NCBI RefSeq assembly: GCF_018977255.1
Contig: NW_024704742.1
Span: 40,054,001-40,118,000 of the forward strand
Origin: Callorhinchus milii
Lineage: Eukaryota
Length of the DNA stretch: 64,000 bases
Reading direction: 5' to 3'
Shown: positions 13,901 through 26,497 of the stretch, piece by piece
Numbering within the stretch: the stretch's first letter is position 1
Layout of the letters: each line of letters opens with the position of its first letter
Translations under genes and position numbers: made by a program
The notes under the pieces: generated by a model
Database searches by the model: none
What the model saw: only the letters and a program-made list of their open reading frames with translations
What the model was told of the DNA's origin: nothing

Positions 13901-16900
13901 TGTTGGGATCAGGATTATGGCTTGGATCGAATTTTCTGTGAACTGAAGGGATGGCGGAGTGGGGGGGGGGGGTGGGAGGGGGAGGGGGAGGTGGTGGTGG
14001 TGGGTGGGGGGGGGGGGGGCTGAATTAGCAAATCTTTGTCCCACAATATTCATTCAGCAATTCAGTATAAACACAGAAACACTTACCAACGGTATATTTT
14101 ACACAAAAAACCACTAGATTTCGACCATGCACGTTTTGGCTGTGGGTTAGATCCGTCTTGGTGAGCATCACACAACAAACAATTGCGAGAGATTGATGCC
14201 ATGGACCAGGATTTTGCATTTTAAGGCTTGAGAGCATGATTTTGTCAATTTAGAAACCACACTTACAGCAGGGATGGGGTTGGAGCAGTGACTTCCCTGG
14301 AGTCTGGGCAGCTAACATTCTCCTCTTTGCAGCTAACGAAATCTCTGAAACTAAAGATCAGCATCTTGGTTAAAACTAACTTGAAACGTGCACAGATTTA
14401 TTCAATCTCCGGCAAGAATTGGGACGGACAAGGGGGTGGGGGGGGGGGGGGGGGGGGGGGGACGGTCGTCGTCTTCTTTAATGTGGAGTCTGAGCTTGGC
14501 GTTTGGTTGATGTTTTACGTGGGGCAAACGCAGTCTGATGGTGAAGGACGGATTCCGACTGCTCTCTCGTCCGCTTTACGCTTTAAGATCTGCTGTCTTT
14601 TGGTGATTTTGAACGTCGTCCTTTACTTCCTCCACTCTCCACTATCCTATGCACATTTCTCCAGCCACCCGGTTCAGTTCTGACACAGGGTCATATCACA
14701 GCCCGAAATATCAACTGAATTGTTTCTCTCAGTTGACTGACTTGTTCTGGATCGCCAGCATTTCTGGGTTTACTTTCAGACGATCACCGTTTCCAGTTTT
14801 ATCTTTAATTTTCTGCTATGCGTGCGTAAAATTCGCCAAAATCAAACACCCTTTGCCTTTGACGAGGCGCTGTCTGGTGGAAACGTCTCAAACGCTTTTA
14901 CAGCTAATTATTGCCAACACGAAGCACTGCAAATGCTTTTAGGTCGCAGAAGGGAGAGAAAAAAAAATGCACGCGTTTTATTTGGGGGTTTCTTTATTTT
15001 TTCGTGTGTGTGGTTTTCAAACGTTTTGGGAACTCCCGTTTTCGGGCTTGGAGATGGCTAACGACTGAAATGACTAATTAAAACGAGTCCTCCTTTTCCC
15101 GACAGTGATCAAATCTGTGAATGAAGTCCAAGTGTTGGTGAGACTTGAGTCAACAGTCACTGGCTCGGGGTATCCCCCAGACCCAGCCAGTGAATCGCTT
15201 GCTTGTCTGCAAATGCTCTCAAAACAAACCTGGGAAGCTCGTTCCTTTTGACCACGGGTGTGTAAAGGGACGCAAAAAGTGCTAAGAGTGGCAAATATCC
15301 GGAAAGAAGGGAATAAGGGTCTCTTCTTGTTTGGACGTCGGCGCTTCCTGTTTTTTCTGCATCAGAAACTACAGTATGACAGATGTAGTGTCATAAAGAT
15401 CCTGAAGATACTGGTGAATTCAGTCTCACACGGGCGAGGAGGTGGTCACAATATATAGCCAGATGGCAGAAAGCGGGGCCAAATGTAATTCAAATCCACA
15501 CTGCAAAAAACGATTGAATAATTCAGACTTGATGTGGCCGATAAACAGAAGACTTAAGGAGGAAATGAAATCGCATTGTGATTTGATGTGCAGAATCCCC
15601 ACGAGAGGCACATTTGCACAAGAAAATCCATATTAGTTGTTTTGATTTACTGCCTATAAAAATAATATTTTGCTAATAATAGCGAAATGCTCTTATATTG
15701 GAAATCACACCGAGAGGACATCTCGAAGCGCGTCACAGTAGTTACTATAAAGTTTAGTGATTGTGTGTTTTATAGGCGAGCGCCTGATATTTTAGGGTAT
15801 TTGTATGATCTCAGTGTACATTGCACTTTCCTATCAATCATCGGGGTTTTTTAAAAAAAATATTTGCTATAGATAAAATTGCTCTTCAAGTTTCTCCTCA
15901 CGGATTTCACTAAAGGCGAAAGCTCCAGTTGAAGAAGTACTGTATTTTTAGGTAAGCAGCGATTTAAAAACGCAGTTAAACCGATTAGTTACATTAGTTA
16001 CATTACATGAGTTATATTTATATGTACTCTATTTGATTTAATATACTCTTGAAAATCACACATTTTTAAGTTACGGAATTGTTTTTTGAAAACAATACTG
16101 CATCACAGAGAATCTCTCGAAAATAATAACAAATGTAATAGTACAATAAATAATAATAATGAAAACCCTGGACATTTCACGTGTGAATCACTGTGGTACA
16201 TTGCGTTGCCTTGACCATTCCCGGGGAATGCAGCCGCGCTTGCAATGCTTAGCTAAGTAATTGCCTGTTGTGACTGGCTTTGTCGCTTTGCCAGTCTGTG
16301 CGCGGCTAATTCTTCCACTAAGACATCCCCTGTTAGATGTGTTTGACTTCAAAATGAAATCTTATCCGCCTTAAAATCGCATTCCGGGGATGTCTTCGGT
16401 GGATTTGAAACCGTGGCGTCGATGTTTACGAATTCCATTCCATTCAAATCAATCGTGAGCAATCATATAAAATGATTCATTCCCTCACAAAAGGGGACAC
16501 GGGGCGATTCGACTCTGTGGAAACGTTGTGAGGAATGTCTGAAGGGAGCTTGTTATCCGCATAGCCAAATAATAGGCAGAGAGTCGCAGGTGCACGGCCA
16601 ACATTCTTTCGAAATCCAATGCAAAGCGTCTTGACACGTTGACATTGGCATCTCTCGGCACTGTGTTGAGTGCAATAGGGGTGAATGCCAAGAGTTGCCA
16701 CCGGCCCTTCAGGTGTCCTGAGCAAAATAAAACGTTTACATGGTCGCTGAATAGCCTGGGGGTGGGGCGTGGTGGGGGGTGGTGGGACCTTCCTAAAATA
16801 ATCCTAATTGAACACCTTTCATATCCATTATACACAGTTGTTCCCACCGCTTCAGCTCTCTCAGCATCAACGATCACACCAACAACGCCCACGGTGTTTC

Positions 16901-17772
16901 GAATCGAGCGATGGTCTGTGTATCAGTGGCTTATTCTGGTATGAGTCACGGTTCTTGTCGGGATAATCTCTTTTTTTCAAAAAAAACACACGACCCGCTC
17001 ATCCAGTCTTTGGACTTGAAATTTAATTGACAATACAGAGATTTTTCCATTCCGTTTCCGGGGATCTATGAAAGCTGCGATAATATCGATACGTGAACTC
17101 GAAATATAATTCTGCGCCTGAGATGACCTCCAAAATAAACATTAATATTTTGGAAAGTTTGACTTCTATTCAGTCATGGAGTAAGCTTAAATAAACAAGA
17201 TATTGCGCGGTGTTAGAATCCACAGCTATGATTCTGATTGCCAACTAAAAGTTAGTTATTGATAACTTAGAGTCTTATACGATAGATACTGCAAAATGTA
17301 TAATCCTATTGTATGTTGTTATAGAGCCCAGCAAATAAACATATTCACCCGACTCACTGTGCTTCGGTATTTGCAGTCAAATATTCTTTCTAACAATGAT
17401 AATACCCAATAGAGACGCGGAAATATTTTATTTCAATAAAATACTGTTGAAGTAAATCCATTTCCAAGAGGAACTATTCGGAATATGTAGAATCCGGAGC
17501 TTAAAACTCAACAGCCTGTCCTGAACCACCGTGAATTAATTAAAGTGTTACCGCTGCCAAAAGATTGGTCTCAATCAATGAAGCAATTCATGGAAAAGGG
17601 AAACCTAAAATGCTGTCTCATTAGCACGTCTCTTCAAAAATAGCTCGCATGTAATGGTTTTGTAATGAAGAAAGACGTGTAATATGATATTTTATCTCCA
17701 GCTCCGTATATTCGCATTCGATAACTCAAGCGCAAAATACCCAGATCGCGCTGACTGTGCGCAACAGCTTCC

Positions 17773-20430
17773 CATTTTATTGCGGGCGTCCAGCGCCTGA
17801 GGACGTCCTCCCGACGTGATGGGTGTCATGTGAATGCAATTTGTTGTCGTTAGTGGGGGGAGGGATGGGGAATCTCCTGCCTGCAGTGACATGAGAGAAA
17901 CTTACGGAAACGTTTGACAGGACCATTTATCTTTTCAGTTCACCCCAACTTTTTCTGCACCGACGACATTCGTTTCTCATTCCCGAATCGCTTGGATAAC
18001 TTACCGGGGCCCCAACATCTCTATCTCTTAAACAACCAATGGGTTACAAATTGTCTTTAATTCAGTAATTTACAGAACCGGATGCAAAATGAGATCAACT
18101 AAGCGATTGATGCGCCATTGAGTCGGGGTTTGCCCTGACCCTCTCTCTTGCACGCAGTGTTTTGCAAGCACCAACTGTACACATTATTGCTTTAGACAGC
18201 TCTTGAGAACAGGGCACTGACTCTATCCCCTTTACTGACAGCTAAATGCAACTTTGTCCAAACATACTGACAAAGTGTGATTCATATTTTTTTTTCGCGC
18301 GAGGGATAGAGCTATCTTTGTTGCTATAAAAGCAACTGCCTACCGCATAATTTGCGATGTTTCCCAAATCCATCATTACGTGGGGATTAAAGATGAGGAG
18401 TGTATGGCTCGCTTAGTGGTACATAGTGTCCTTACTTACTGGTGATGCATTTTGTAACTGCTACTTCCGAATAGATACAGCACTCCACCACAAGTCCATC
18501 AGCTAAATGAACAGATTTATTGTGATGCGGTGTAAAATAGCTCGAGTCTCATAATCCATGTCTATTAGTCAGTTTCAAATAAAGTAACCCGAGACACGAA
18601 ACCCAAATTTGAAGGGGTGGAGGTTGCAATCATTTAAACCTATCGGTATAAAACGTCATTCTGAGATCTTATTTAATACAGATGCACTGAATCGACAGTC
18701 ACAAATTGAATCAACAGAGACTACCCTTCAGGTCTGATGCCTGTTGTTTCTGTCACCGAAACCATAATAAAATACTGACATGTCCCATTACTGGCCTGTG
18801 CCGAAATAATGCAGTGAGATTTTCAAAATAGGAAACAACTTGAACAGAAACACACGGGAATAAAAAAAAATACACCGCTCGGTTTTCAGTTGAGCCTCGG
18901 GGTATTGACAAACTAGTCTACAGTATACGAAGTGCTGTTTGACTACTGATTGACGCCTACAGTAAGATGGGCATCAAACGAATAGAAACGTTTGCGTTGC
19001 ATTGACGTTTACGTGCTACAGATTTCCGTCCCGATCTCTGCAGCAGCCCTGCAACTTGTCGCAAAACCTTCCTTTTCAAACGCGTCCGGCGATCTCCGCG
19101 TGAAATATACAGACCGATGGAGGGCACTGGATATATTGTATTTTCCTAATTATATGCAGACTGCTCCGGCGAACAACGAGAAGCAGTCCAACCTGTTTGG
19201 TAAACAGTTCGCTGCTCGGTTCTGACAAGTACATAACATTACAGTGATTACACGCACACAATTTCGCTCCTCGTCTGCCACATCAAACATACTCCAATGC
19301 CAACAATTGCCATTGAGAAATTATTACTTTATAACCGAGTTTGGCTTCAAGGCGGTTTCTCGTAAGAGGTTTTCGGGGTATAATTCCAATTGAAAATGAA
19401 AATAGCCCCATTAAACGTCGCCCACAAAATACCCACAGACACATCACTTTACAGTATAACCCGCGAAGCGTTTTGAGATGTATCAAGTGCAAGGATTATT
19501 GTTATATTATTCATACGAATATTTCGGAGGATTGAGAATTTGGCAATTGTTGAGTTCGGTTTTTAACTTTTGCAAAACCGCTTTCCGCGGCTGTTAAAAT
19601 ATAATTCCGGGGGAAAAAAAGAACTTACAGAAAAAGCGGCTTCACAATTAAAGACTACGTTTGAGAAATTGAGAAATTTTGGACGTTTTGAAATGCTGCC
19701 TTTTAAAAGAGTAAGCCATTCGTGGTTACAAAAGTAGTATATATCTCCACTTGACCCTTGCACTAAGTGAGCATGGTTTAATACTATTGTGCTGAAGAAA
19801 TGGGATTGCATTAATTGTGTGTAAAAAGGCTGTAGAGCCTTAGGCACGTTGATGATCCTCAATGAAACAAATATGGTTGACATTCCCTGCCTTCAACTGA
19901 AAATATTTTGATATCCCTATTTAATCTTTCAAACCTCGTGTCATCACTGATCACCTGACTTTGCGTGCATACGTCCTTTTTTTAAAAAACAGATGCAAGT
20001 TACCTATTTATTGGGCATTTATAAACACTTAACCGCTATTTCAAATGATTAGATCTAAAGTGTGGTTAGATATCCTTGACTTGTCACAACCCCCATCATG
20101 CAGCCCAACGTAAATACATTTGCTTGGTGAAGGAGGATTCGGTGCAGTACTTCCTATCGGTCAACTGCTTTGTGGGCCTATCCAACACTGCACCCAACTT
20201 TCATGAATGAAATTTGTGTTATTAAAGGCTGCTGGTAAGAGCTTCTGTGAAACGTTATAGACTGTAGGCCAGATGCAAAGGAACAATAAAGTGTTGGCTT
20301 TATAATGTGTACATACGCATTTTTAAACTCCAATTGTTGGAACATTTCCATTGCTTATCAAGTCTTGGAGCATATTTCCATGTCAGTTGAAAGACGAGTG
20401 TGACATGCAATTCAAGTTAAACATTCGCTA
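17773..20430 (+). repeat. Segment A: 2.66-kb unit repeated in inverted orientation at 21186-23841
   Basis: 21186 TAGCGAATGTTTAAC is the reverse complement of the 20430 end. 23841 ...GCAATAAAATG is the reverse complement of 17773 CATTTTATTGC. Mirrored ORFs (e.g. 19563..19883 - versus 21733..22053 +). Confidence 0.97.
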
Positions 20431-21160
20431 AAACGGTGGAATCGCTGCTCAACTGAACCGAACAGAACAACAGGCACGGTTTTTCAATCATAGCGAATTT
20501 TATTACTTAAGAAATAATGCAGAGTGCACGATTGATTGGTTTTTTTTTAAAAAAAAGAGAGAGGATACAGCTTCCGATGTGGTATCCTGAAACGCGCTTT
20601 TGCATTTGAATTTTGTACTGAAATACCCTTTAAACATTCATATTCGCTTTGACTCTGGATGAATTCAGGAACAATATCAATAACTAGTTAAAGTCACATA
20701 CTGCTGTTTGGGAGGGGAGAGGGAGAGACAGAGAGGAGACTTTGCATAGGTTCGCCTATATTAATTACTACGAATTATCAAGAGTAGAAAGTGCTGGAGT
20801 CTTACCCCTGTACAGCTGACATAATCACTTACATAATCACCCAAATGTTTGGGTCGGAGGCAAATTATCTTCACATCATCACCCCCCCAAAGCAGTCTGC
20901 AAGAAATTGTTTAAATGGCTTTTGCTCTTCGCTCTTATCCCGGGACCAGTAAGAATCACAAAATAAACAACGAAAAAAAAATAATATTTGCACTTAAGAG
21001 ATTTAAAACCTGCAGTTTTTCTAGGGATCGTACATTCAGCGAATGGCATACACACATACATACACAAACACACACACACACGTACACACACACGCACACA
21101 CACACACACGCACACATACATTATTTCTCCAAAAAAAAAAGAAAATGTTAAAAGAGTCCG
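20431..21160 (+). repeat. Segment B: direct duplicate of 23842-24566 (distal Nkx3.2 3' UTR and poly(A) region)
   Basis: Both copies start AAACGGTGGAATCGCTGCTC and run to AAAAGAGTCCG. They differ only in a C-run length, a substitution and CA-repeat length. Confidence 0.97.
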
Positions 21161-21185
21161 NNNNNNNNNNNNNNNNNNNNNNNNN
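21161..21185. other. Assembly gap (25 N)
   Basis: Run of N between the duplicated segments. Confidence 0.99.
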
Positions 21186-23841
21186 TAGCGAATGTTTAAC
21201 TTGAATTGCATGTCACACTCGTCTTTCAACTGACATGGAAATATGCTCCAAGACTTGATAAGCAATGGAAATGTTCCAACAATTGGAGTTTAAAAATGCG
21301 TATGTACACATTATAAAGCCAACACTTTATTGTTCCTTTGCATCTGGCCTACAGTCTATAACGTTTCACAGAAGCTCTTACCAGCAGCCTTTAATAACAC
21401 AAATTTCATTCATGAAAGTTGGGTGCAGTGTTGGATAGGCCCACAAAGCAGTTGACCGATAGGAAGTACTGCACCGAATCCTCCTTCACCAAGCAAATGT
21501 ATTTACGTTGGGCTGCATGATGGGGGTTGTGACAAGTCAAGGATATCTAACCACACTTTAGATCTAATCATTTGAAATAGCGGTTAAGTGTTTATAAATG
21601 CCCAATAAATAGGTAACTTGCATCTGTTTTTTAAAAAAAGGACGTATGCACGCAAAGTCAGGTGATCAGTGATGACACGAGGTTTGAAAGATTAAATAGG
21701 GATATCAAAATATTTTCAGTTGAAGGCAGGGAATGTCAACCATATTTGTTTCATTGAGGATCATCAACGTGCCTAAGGCTCTACAGCCTTTTTACACACA
21801 ATTAATGCAATCCCATTTCTTCAGCACAATAGTATTAAACCATGCTCACTTAGTGCAAGGGTCAAGTGGAGATATATACTACTTTTGTAACCACGAATGG
21901 CTTACTCTTTTAAAAGGCAGCATTTCAAAACGTCCAAAATTTCTCAATTTCTCAAACGTAGTCTTTAATTGTGAAGCCGCTTTTTCTGTAAGTTCTTTTT
22001 TTTCCCCAGAATTATATTTTAACAGCCGCGGAAAGCGGTTTTGCAAAAGTTAAAAACCGAACTCAACAATTGCCAAATTCTCAATCCTCCGAAATATTCG
22101 TATGAATAATATAACAATAATCCTTGCACGTGATACATCTCAAAACGCTTCGCGGGTTATACTGTAAAGTGGTGTGTCTGTGGGTATTTTGTGGGCGACG
22201 TTTAATGGGGCTATTTTCATTTTCAATTGGAATTATACCCGAAAACCTCTTACGAGAAACCGCCTTGAAGCCAACTCGGTTATACAGTAATAATTTCTCA
22301 ATGGCAATTGTTGGCATTGGAGTATGTTTGATGTGGCAGACGAGGAGCGAAATTGTGTGCGTGTAATCACTGTAATGTTATGTACTTGTCAGAACCGAGC
22401 AGCGAACTGTTTACCAAACAGGTTGGACTGCTTCTCGTTGTTCGCCGGAGCAGTCTGCATATAATTAGGAAAATACAATATATCCAGTGCCCTCCATCGG
22501 TCTGTATATTTCACGCGGAGATCGCCGGACGCGTTTGAAAAGGAAGGTTTTGCGACAAGTTGCAGGGCTGCTGCAGAGATCGGGACGGAAATCTGTAGCA
22601 CGTAAACGTCAATGCAACGCAAACGTTTCTATTCGTTTGATGCCCATCTTTGCCGTAGGCGTCAATCAGTAGTCAAACAGCACTTCGTATACTGTAGACT
22701 AGTTTGTCAATACCCCGAGGCTCAACTGAAAACCGAGCGGTGTATTTTTTTTTATTCCCGTGTGTTTCTGTTCAAGTTGTTTCCTATTTTGAAAATCTCA
22801 CTGCATTATTTCGGCACAGGCCAGTAATGGGACATGTCAGTATTTTATTATGGTTTCGGTGACAGAAACAACAGGCATCAGACCTGAAGGGTAGTCTCTG
22901 TTGATTCAATTTGTGACTGTCGATTCAGTGCATCTGTATTAAATAAGATCTCAGACTGACGTTTTATACCGATAGGTTTAAATGATCGCAACCTCCACAC
23001 CTTCAAATTTGGGTTTCGTGTCTCGGGTTACTTTATTTGAAACTGACTAATAGACATGGATTATGAGACTCGAGCTATTTTACACCGCATCACAATAAAT
23101 CTGTTCATTTAGCTGATGGACTTGTGGTGGAGTGCTGTATCTATTCGGAAGTAGCAGTTACAAAATGCATCACCAGTAAGTAAGGACACTATGTACCACT
23201 AAGCGAGCCATACACTCCTCATCTTTAATCCCCACGTAATGATGGATTTGGGAAACATCGCAAATTATGCGGTAGGCAGTTGCTTTTATAGCAACAAAGA
23301 TAGCTCTATCCCTCGCGCGAAAAAAAAATATGAATCACACTTTGTCAGTATGTTTGGACAAAGTTGCATTTAGCTGTCAGTAAAGGGGATAGAGTCAGTG
23401 CCCTGTTCTCAAGAGCTGTCTAAAGCAATAATGTGTACAGTTGGTGCTTGCAAAACACTGCGTGCAAGAGAGAGGGTCAGGGCAAACCCCGACTCAATGG
23501 CGCATCAATCGCTTAGTTGATCTCATTTTGCATCCGGTTCTGTAAATTACTGAATTAAAGACAATTTGTAACCCATTGGTTGTTTAAGAGATAGAGATGT
23601 TGGGGCCCCGGTAAGTATCCAAGCGATTCGGGAATGAGAAACGAATGTCGTCGGTGCAGAAAAAGTTGGGGTGAACTGAAAAGATAAATGGTCCTGTCAA
23701 ACGTTTCCGTAAGTTTCTCTCATGTCACTGCAGGCAGGAGATTCCCCATCCCTCCCCCCACTAACGACAACAAATTGCATTCACATGACACCCATCACGT
23801 CGGGAGGACGTCCTCAGGCGCTGGACGCCCGCAATAAAATG
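21186..23841 (-). repeat. Inverted copy of segment A (17773-20430)
   Basis: Reverse-complement match throughout with scattered substitutions and 1-bp indels. Confidence 0.97.
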
Positions 23842-23865
23842 AAACGGTGGAATCGCTGCTCAACT

Positions 23866-23915
23866 GAACCGAACAGAACAACAGGCACGGTTTTTCAATC
23901 ATAGCGAATTTTATT
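23866..23915 (-). terminator. Likely Nkx3.2 cleavage/polyadenylation site
   Basis: AATAAA on the minus strand at 23915-23910, followed about 30 nt later by the GU-rich element TGTTGTTCTGTTCGGTT. Lies about 1 kb after the stop codon. Duplicated near 20455-20504. Confidence 0.65.
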
Positions 23916-24907
23916 ACTTAAGAAATAATGCAGAGTGCACGATTGATTGGTTTTTTTTTAAAAAAAAGAGAGAGGATACAGCTTCCGATGTGGTATCCTG
24001 AAACGCGCTTTTGCATTTGAATTTTGTACTGAAATACCCTTTAAACATTCATATTCGCTTTGACTCTGGATGAATTCAGGAACAATATCAATAACTAGTT
24101 AAAGTCACATACTGCTGTTTGGGAGGGGAGAGGGAGAGACAGAGAGGAGACTTTGCATAGGTTCGCCTATATTAATTACTACGAATTATCAAGAGTAGAA
24201 AGTGCTGGAGTCTTACCCCTGTACAGCTGACATAATCACTTACATAATCACCCAAATGTTTGGGTCGGAGGCAAATTATCTTCACATCATCACCCCCCCC
24301 AAAGCAGTCTGCAAGAAATTGTTTAAATGGCTTTTGCTCTTCGCTCTTATCCCGGGACCAGTAAGAATCACAAAATAAACAACGAAAAAAAAATAATATT
24401 TGCACTTAAGAGATTTAAAACCTGCAGTTTCTCTAGGGATCGTACATTCAGCGAATGGCATACACACATACATACACAAACACACACACACACGTACACA
24501 CACGCACACACACACGCACACATACATTATTTCTCCAAAAAAAAAAGAAAATGTTAAAAGAGTCCGAACAACGCTAAACTGTGAGATGCTCTTCAGTGAA
24601 GCTTATGAAATGACAAGGTCCGGAGCACAGTCTCGACGTGCTCCTTTACAACGCAGTCTTTTCTTTAACCATTTGACTCGAGATTTCGAATTAAATATCA
24701 AGGACATGGATACCATGGAAACTCCGTCTGCTGAGACCAGTCTGCAGCCTTTAACTTAAAACCAACGCCAATAAATTACTGTGCTTCTAAAATAGCGTGG
24801 ATTTGAAACTTTGGTTGGGTGTCGCTGTTATTTTTTTTTTGGTGGGGGTGGGGGTGGGAGGGTGGGGTGGGGGGGGGGGGGGGGGTTTGGACCTGATCGT
24901 GATTTAC

Positions 24908-25350
24908 TTATTGAGTTCCTGTGCAAGTGGTCACTGTCCAGGCGGGCAGGCAATAGGTGAAGGGGTAGTACTGATAGGAGGGCTGCAGCGACAGCAGTGA
25001 AGGTCTGAGCAGTTCTCCCGGACCGTACTGTCTTTGATCGTCCCGGATTAACACTTTCACCGCCACTTTCTTTGCCGCCGGAACCGAGGCCATCAGATCG
25101 GCGGCTAACTGCCGGCGCTTGGTCTTGTACCTGCGGTTCTGGAACCAGATCTTGACCTGGGTTTCGGTGAGTTTCAGGGAGGAGGCCAGGTCTGCGCGCT
25201 CGGGTCCCGACAGGTACTTCTGGTGGTTGAAGCGGCGCTCAAGCTCGAAAACCTGAGCGTGAGAGAAGGCGGCCCGGGAGCGCTTCTTCCTCTGTTTGGG
25301 CTGATCCGGACTCTGGTCGGACTTCGAGTCTTCGTCAACTGGGCTCGGAG
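24908..25350 (-). CDS. NKX3-2: Nkx3.2 (Bapx1) exon 2: homeodomain, Bap/NK2-SD domain and C-terminus
   Basis: Acceptor TTCATTCCCCAG|CT, phase 1. Translates [91 protein letters not shown]...[15 protein letters not shown], closely matching Nkx3.2. Confidence 0.93.
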
Positions 25351-25689
25351 CTGGGGAATGAAGGCACGTTTGATTAAATGCACACTATCTGTCTGTCTGA
25401 CTATATCTCCGCTCATCTTCGCTGCTCCCGACAGTGGAACGCAGGCGGATGGAGAATAAATCCGGACTGTGCTGCACATATCGCCCCCGGGGACTGTGGA
25501 GCGAATCGCCGACATCCAGTTTCAGAGAGAGAGAGAGACTGAAATGCTGAATTCCTGTGCCTTTGCGTTATGCGACGAAACGCTTTTTAAAAAAAAAACC
25601 CCACCCCAATCCCTCGTTTTAAAACCAACAGCTGAAACAGCTGATGCACATTGTGCAACATTTGGGGACTTATTAAAGTGTTTTGTTAC

Positions 25690-26128
25690 CTGACAGGTTC
25701 TCGGACATCCCCCCGTTGCACAGCGAGTCCTTGCTGTCCTCTCTCTCCATTTCTTCCCTAAAACCCGAGTCCGCTTCCTTCGGGGGTCTCGTCTGTAAGG
25801 GACACGCGGCGGAAATCTCCAGCTCCTTCTCCGAGCTGTAAACCCAATGGTTTTTACTGTCATTCTCATCGCTGACCCCCGAGTCGGAGTCACAGCAGAG
25901 CTGATCGCTGGGCAGATCCCCCCCTGTCTCGGTTTGAGGAGGAGGAGGAGGAGGAGGAGGAGGAGAGGCGTTCAGCTTGTTGCAGGGATCCAAACTGTCC
26001 AACACCTTCCAACAGGTTGCGGGCGAGAAGCGGGACACCTCCAAACTCTTCGGGTGTCGACTTTCATCCTTTCTGGTGAGGATCGACTGGATGGAAAACG
26101 GGGTCAAGGTGTTGCCACGCACAGCCAT
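25690..26128 (-). CDS. NKX3-2: Nkx3.2 (Bapx1) exon 1: TN/eh1 motif and DSDS acidic motif
   Basis: MAVRGNTLTPFSIQSIL start typical of Nkx3.2, CWKVL, DSDSGVSDEND. Donor TCAG|GTAACA. 439 nt + 443 nt gives an open 293-aa protein. Confidence 0.93.
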
Positions 26129-26456
26129 CTTAGCGAAACGCCTTCAACGCGGTATCACAAGTGTGCAAACGCTCAGCTCAGCTCAGCTGGTGTGTGTGTG
26201 TGTGTGTGTGTGCGCGTATGTGTTTATATATATATATATATAAGGATATTAAAACAAAATTAACTGCAGTATCCGTCTTTTCCCGGCGGGATGAGGCTGA
26301 ATGTCATCGCCCTTGCTTGGGTTAGTGTGTGAGTGTGTAAGACAAGATCAGTGCAGGAGCTTGCACACACACTCTGCGATCTCTCTCTCTCTTTCTCTCT
26401 CTCCCTTTCTCTCTCTCTCTCTCTCTCTCTCTCCCTTCGTGTCAGTGCTCCTCCGG

Positions 26457-26497
26457 TGATTGACAGCCGCGCCACACGACACGCGGCATCCCATTGG
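26457..26497. promoter_or_regulatory. Pbx-Prep/Meis decamer plus CCAAT box in the Nkx3.2 upstream region
   Basis: Exact TGATTGACAG at 26457-26466 and ATTGG at 26493-26497, about 330-370 bp upstream of the ATG in CpG-rich sequence. Confidence 0.5.

Noticed and set aside
17773..23841. Giant TIR/foldback transposon or real 6-kb palindrome
   Set aside because: The centre is an assembly gap, the spacer is itself duplicated downstream, and there is no transposase or target-site duplication. Allelic co-assembly explains it better.
25174..25515. 113-aa ORF as Nkx3.2 exon 2
   Set aside because: Wrong frame. The homeodomain is in the frame entered through the acceptor at 25350.
24908..26128. Assignment as Nkx3.1
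   Set aside because: It has [15 protein letters not shown] and the [11 protein letters not shown]-terminus of Nkx3.2 rather than the Nkx3.1-type SHTQVI and SAPERAHLA.
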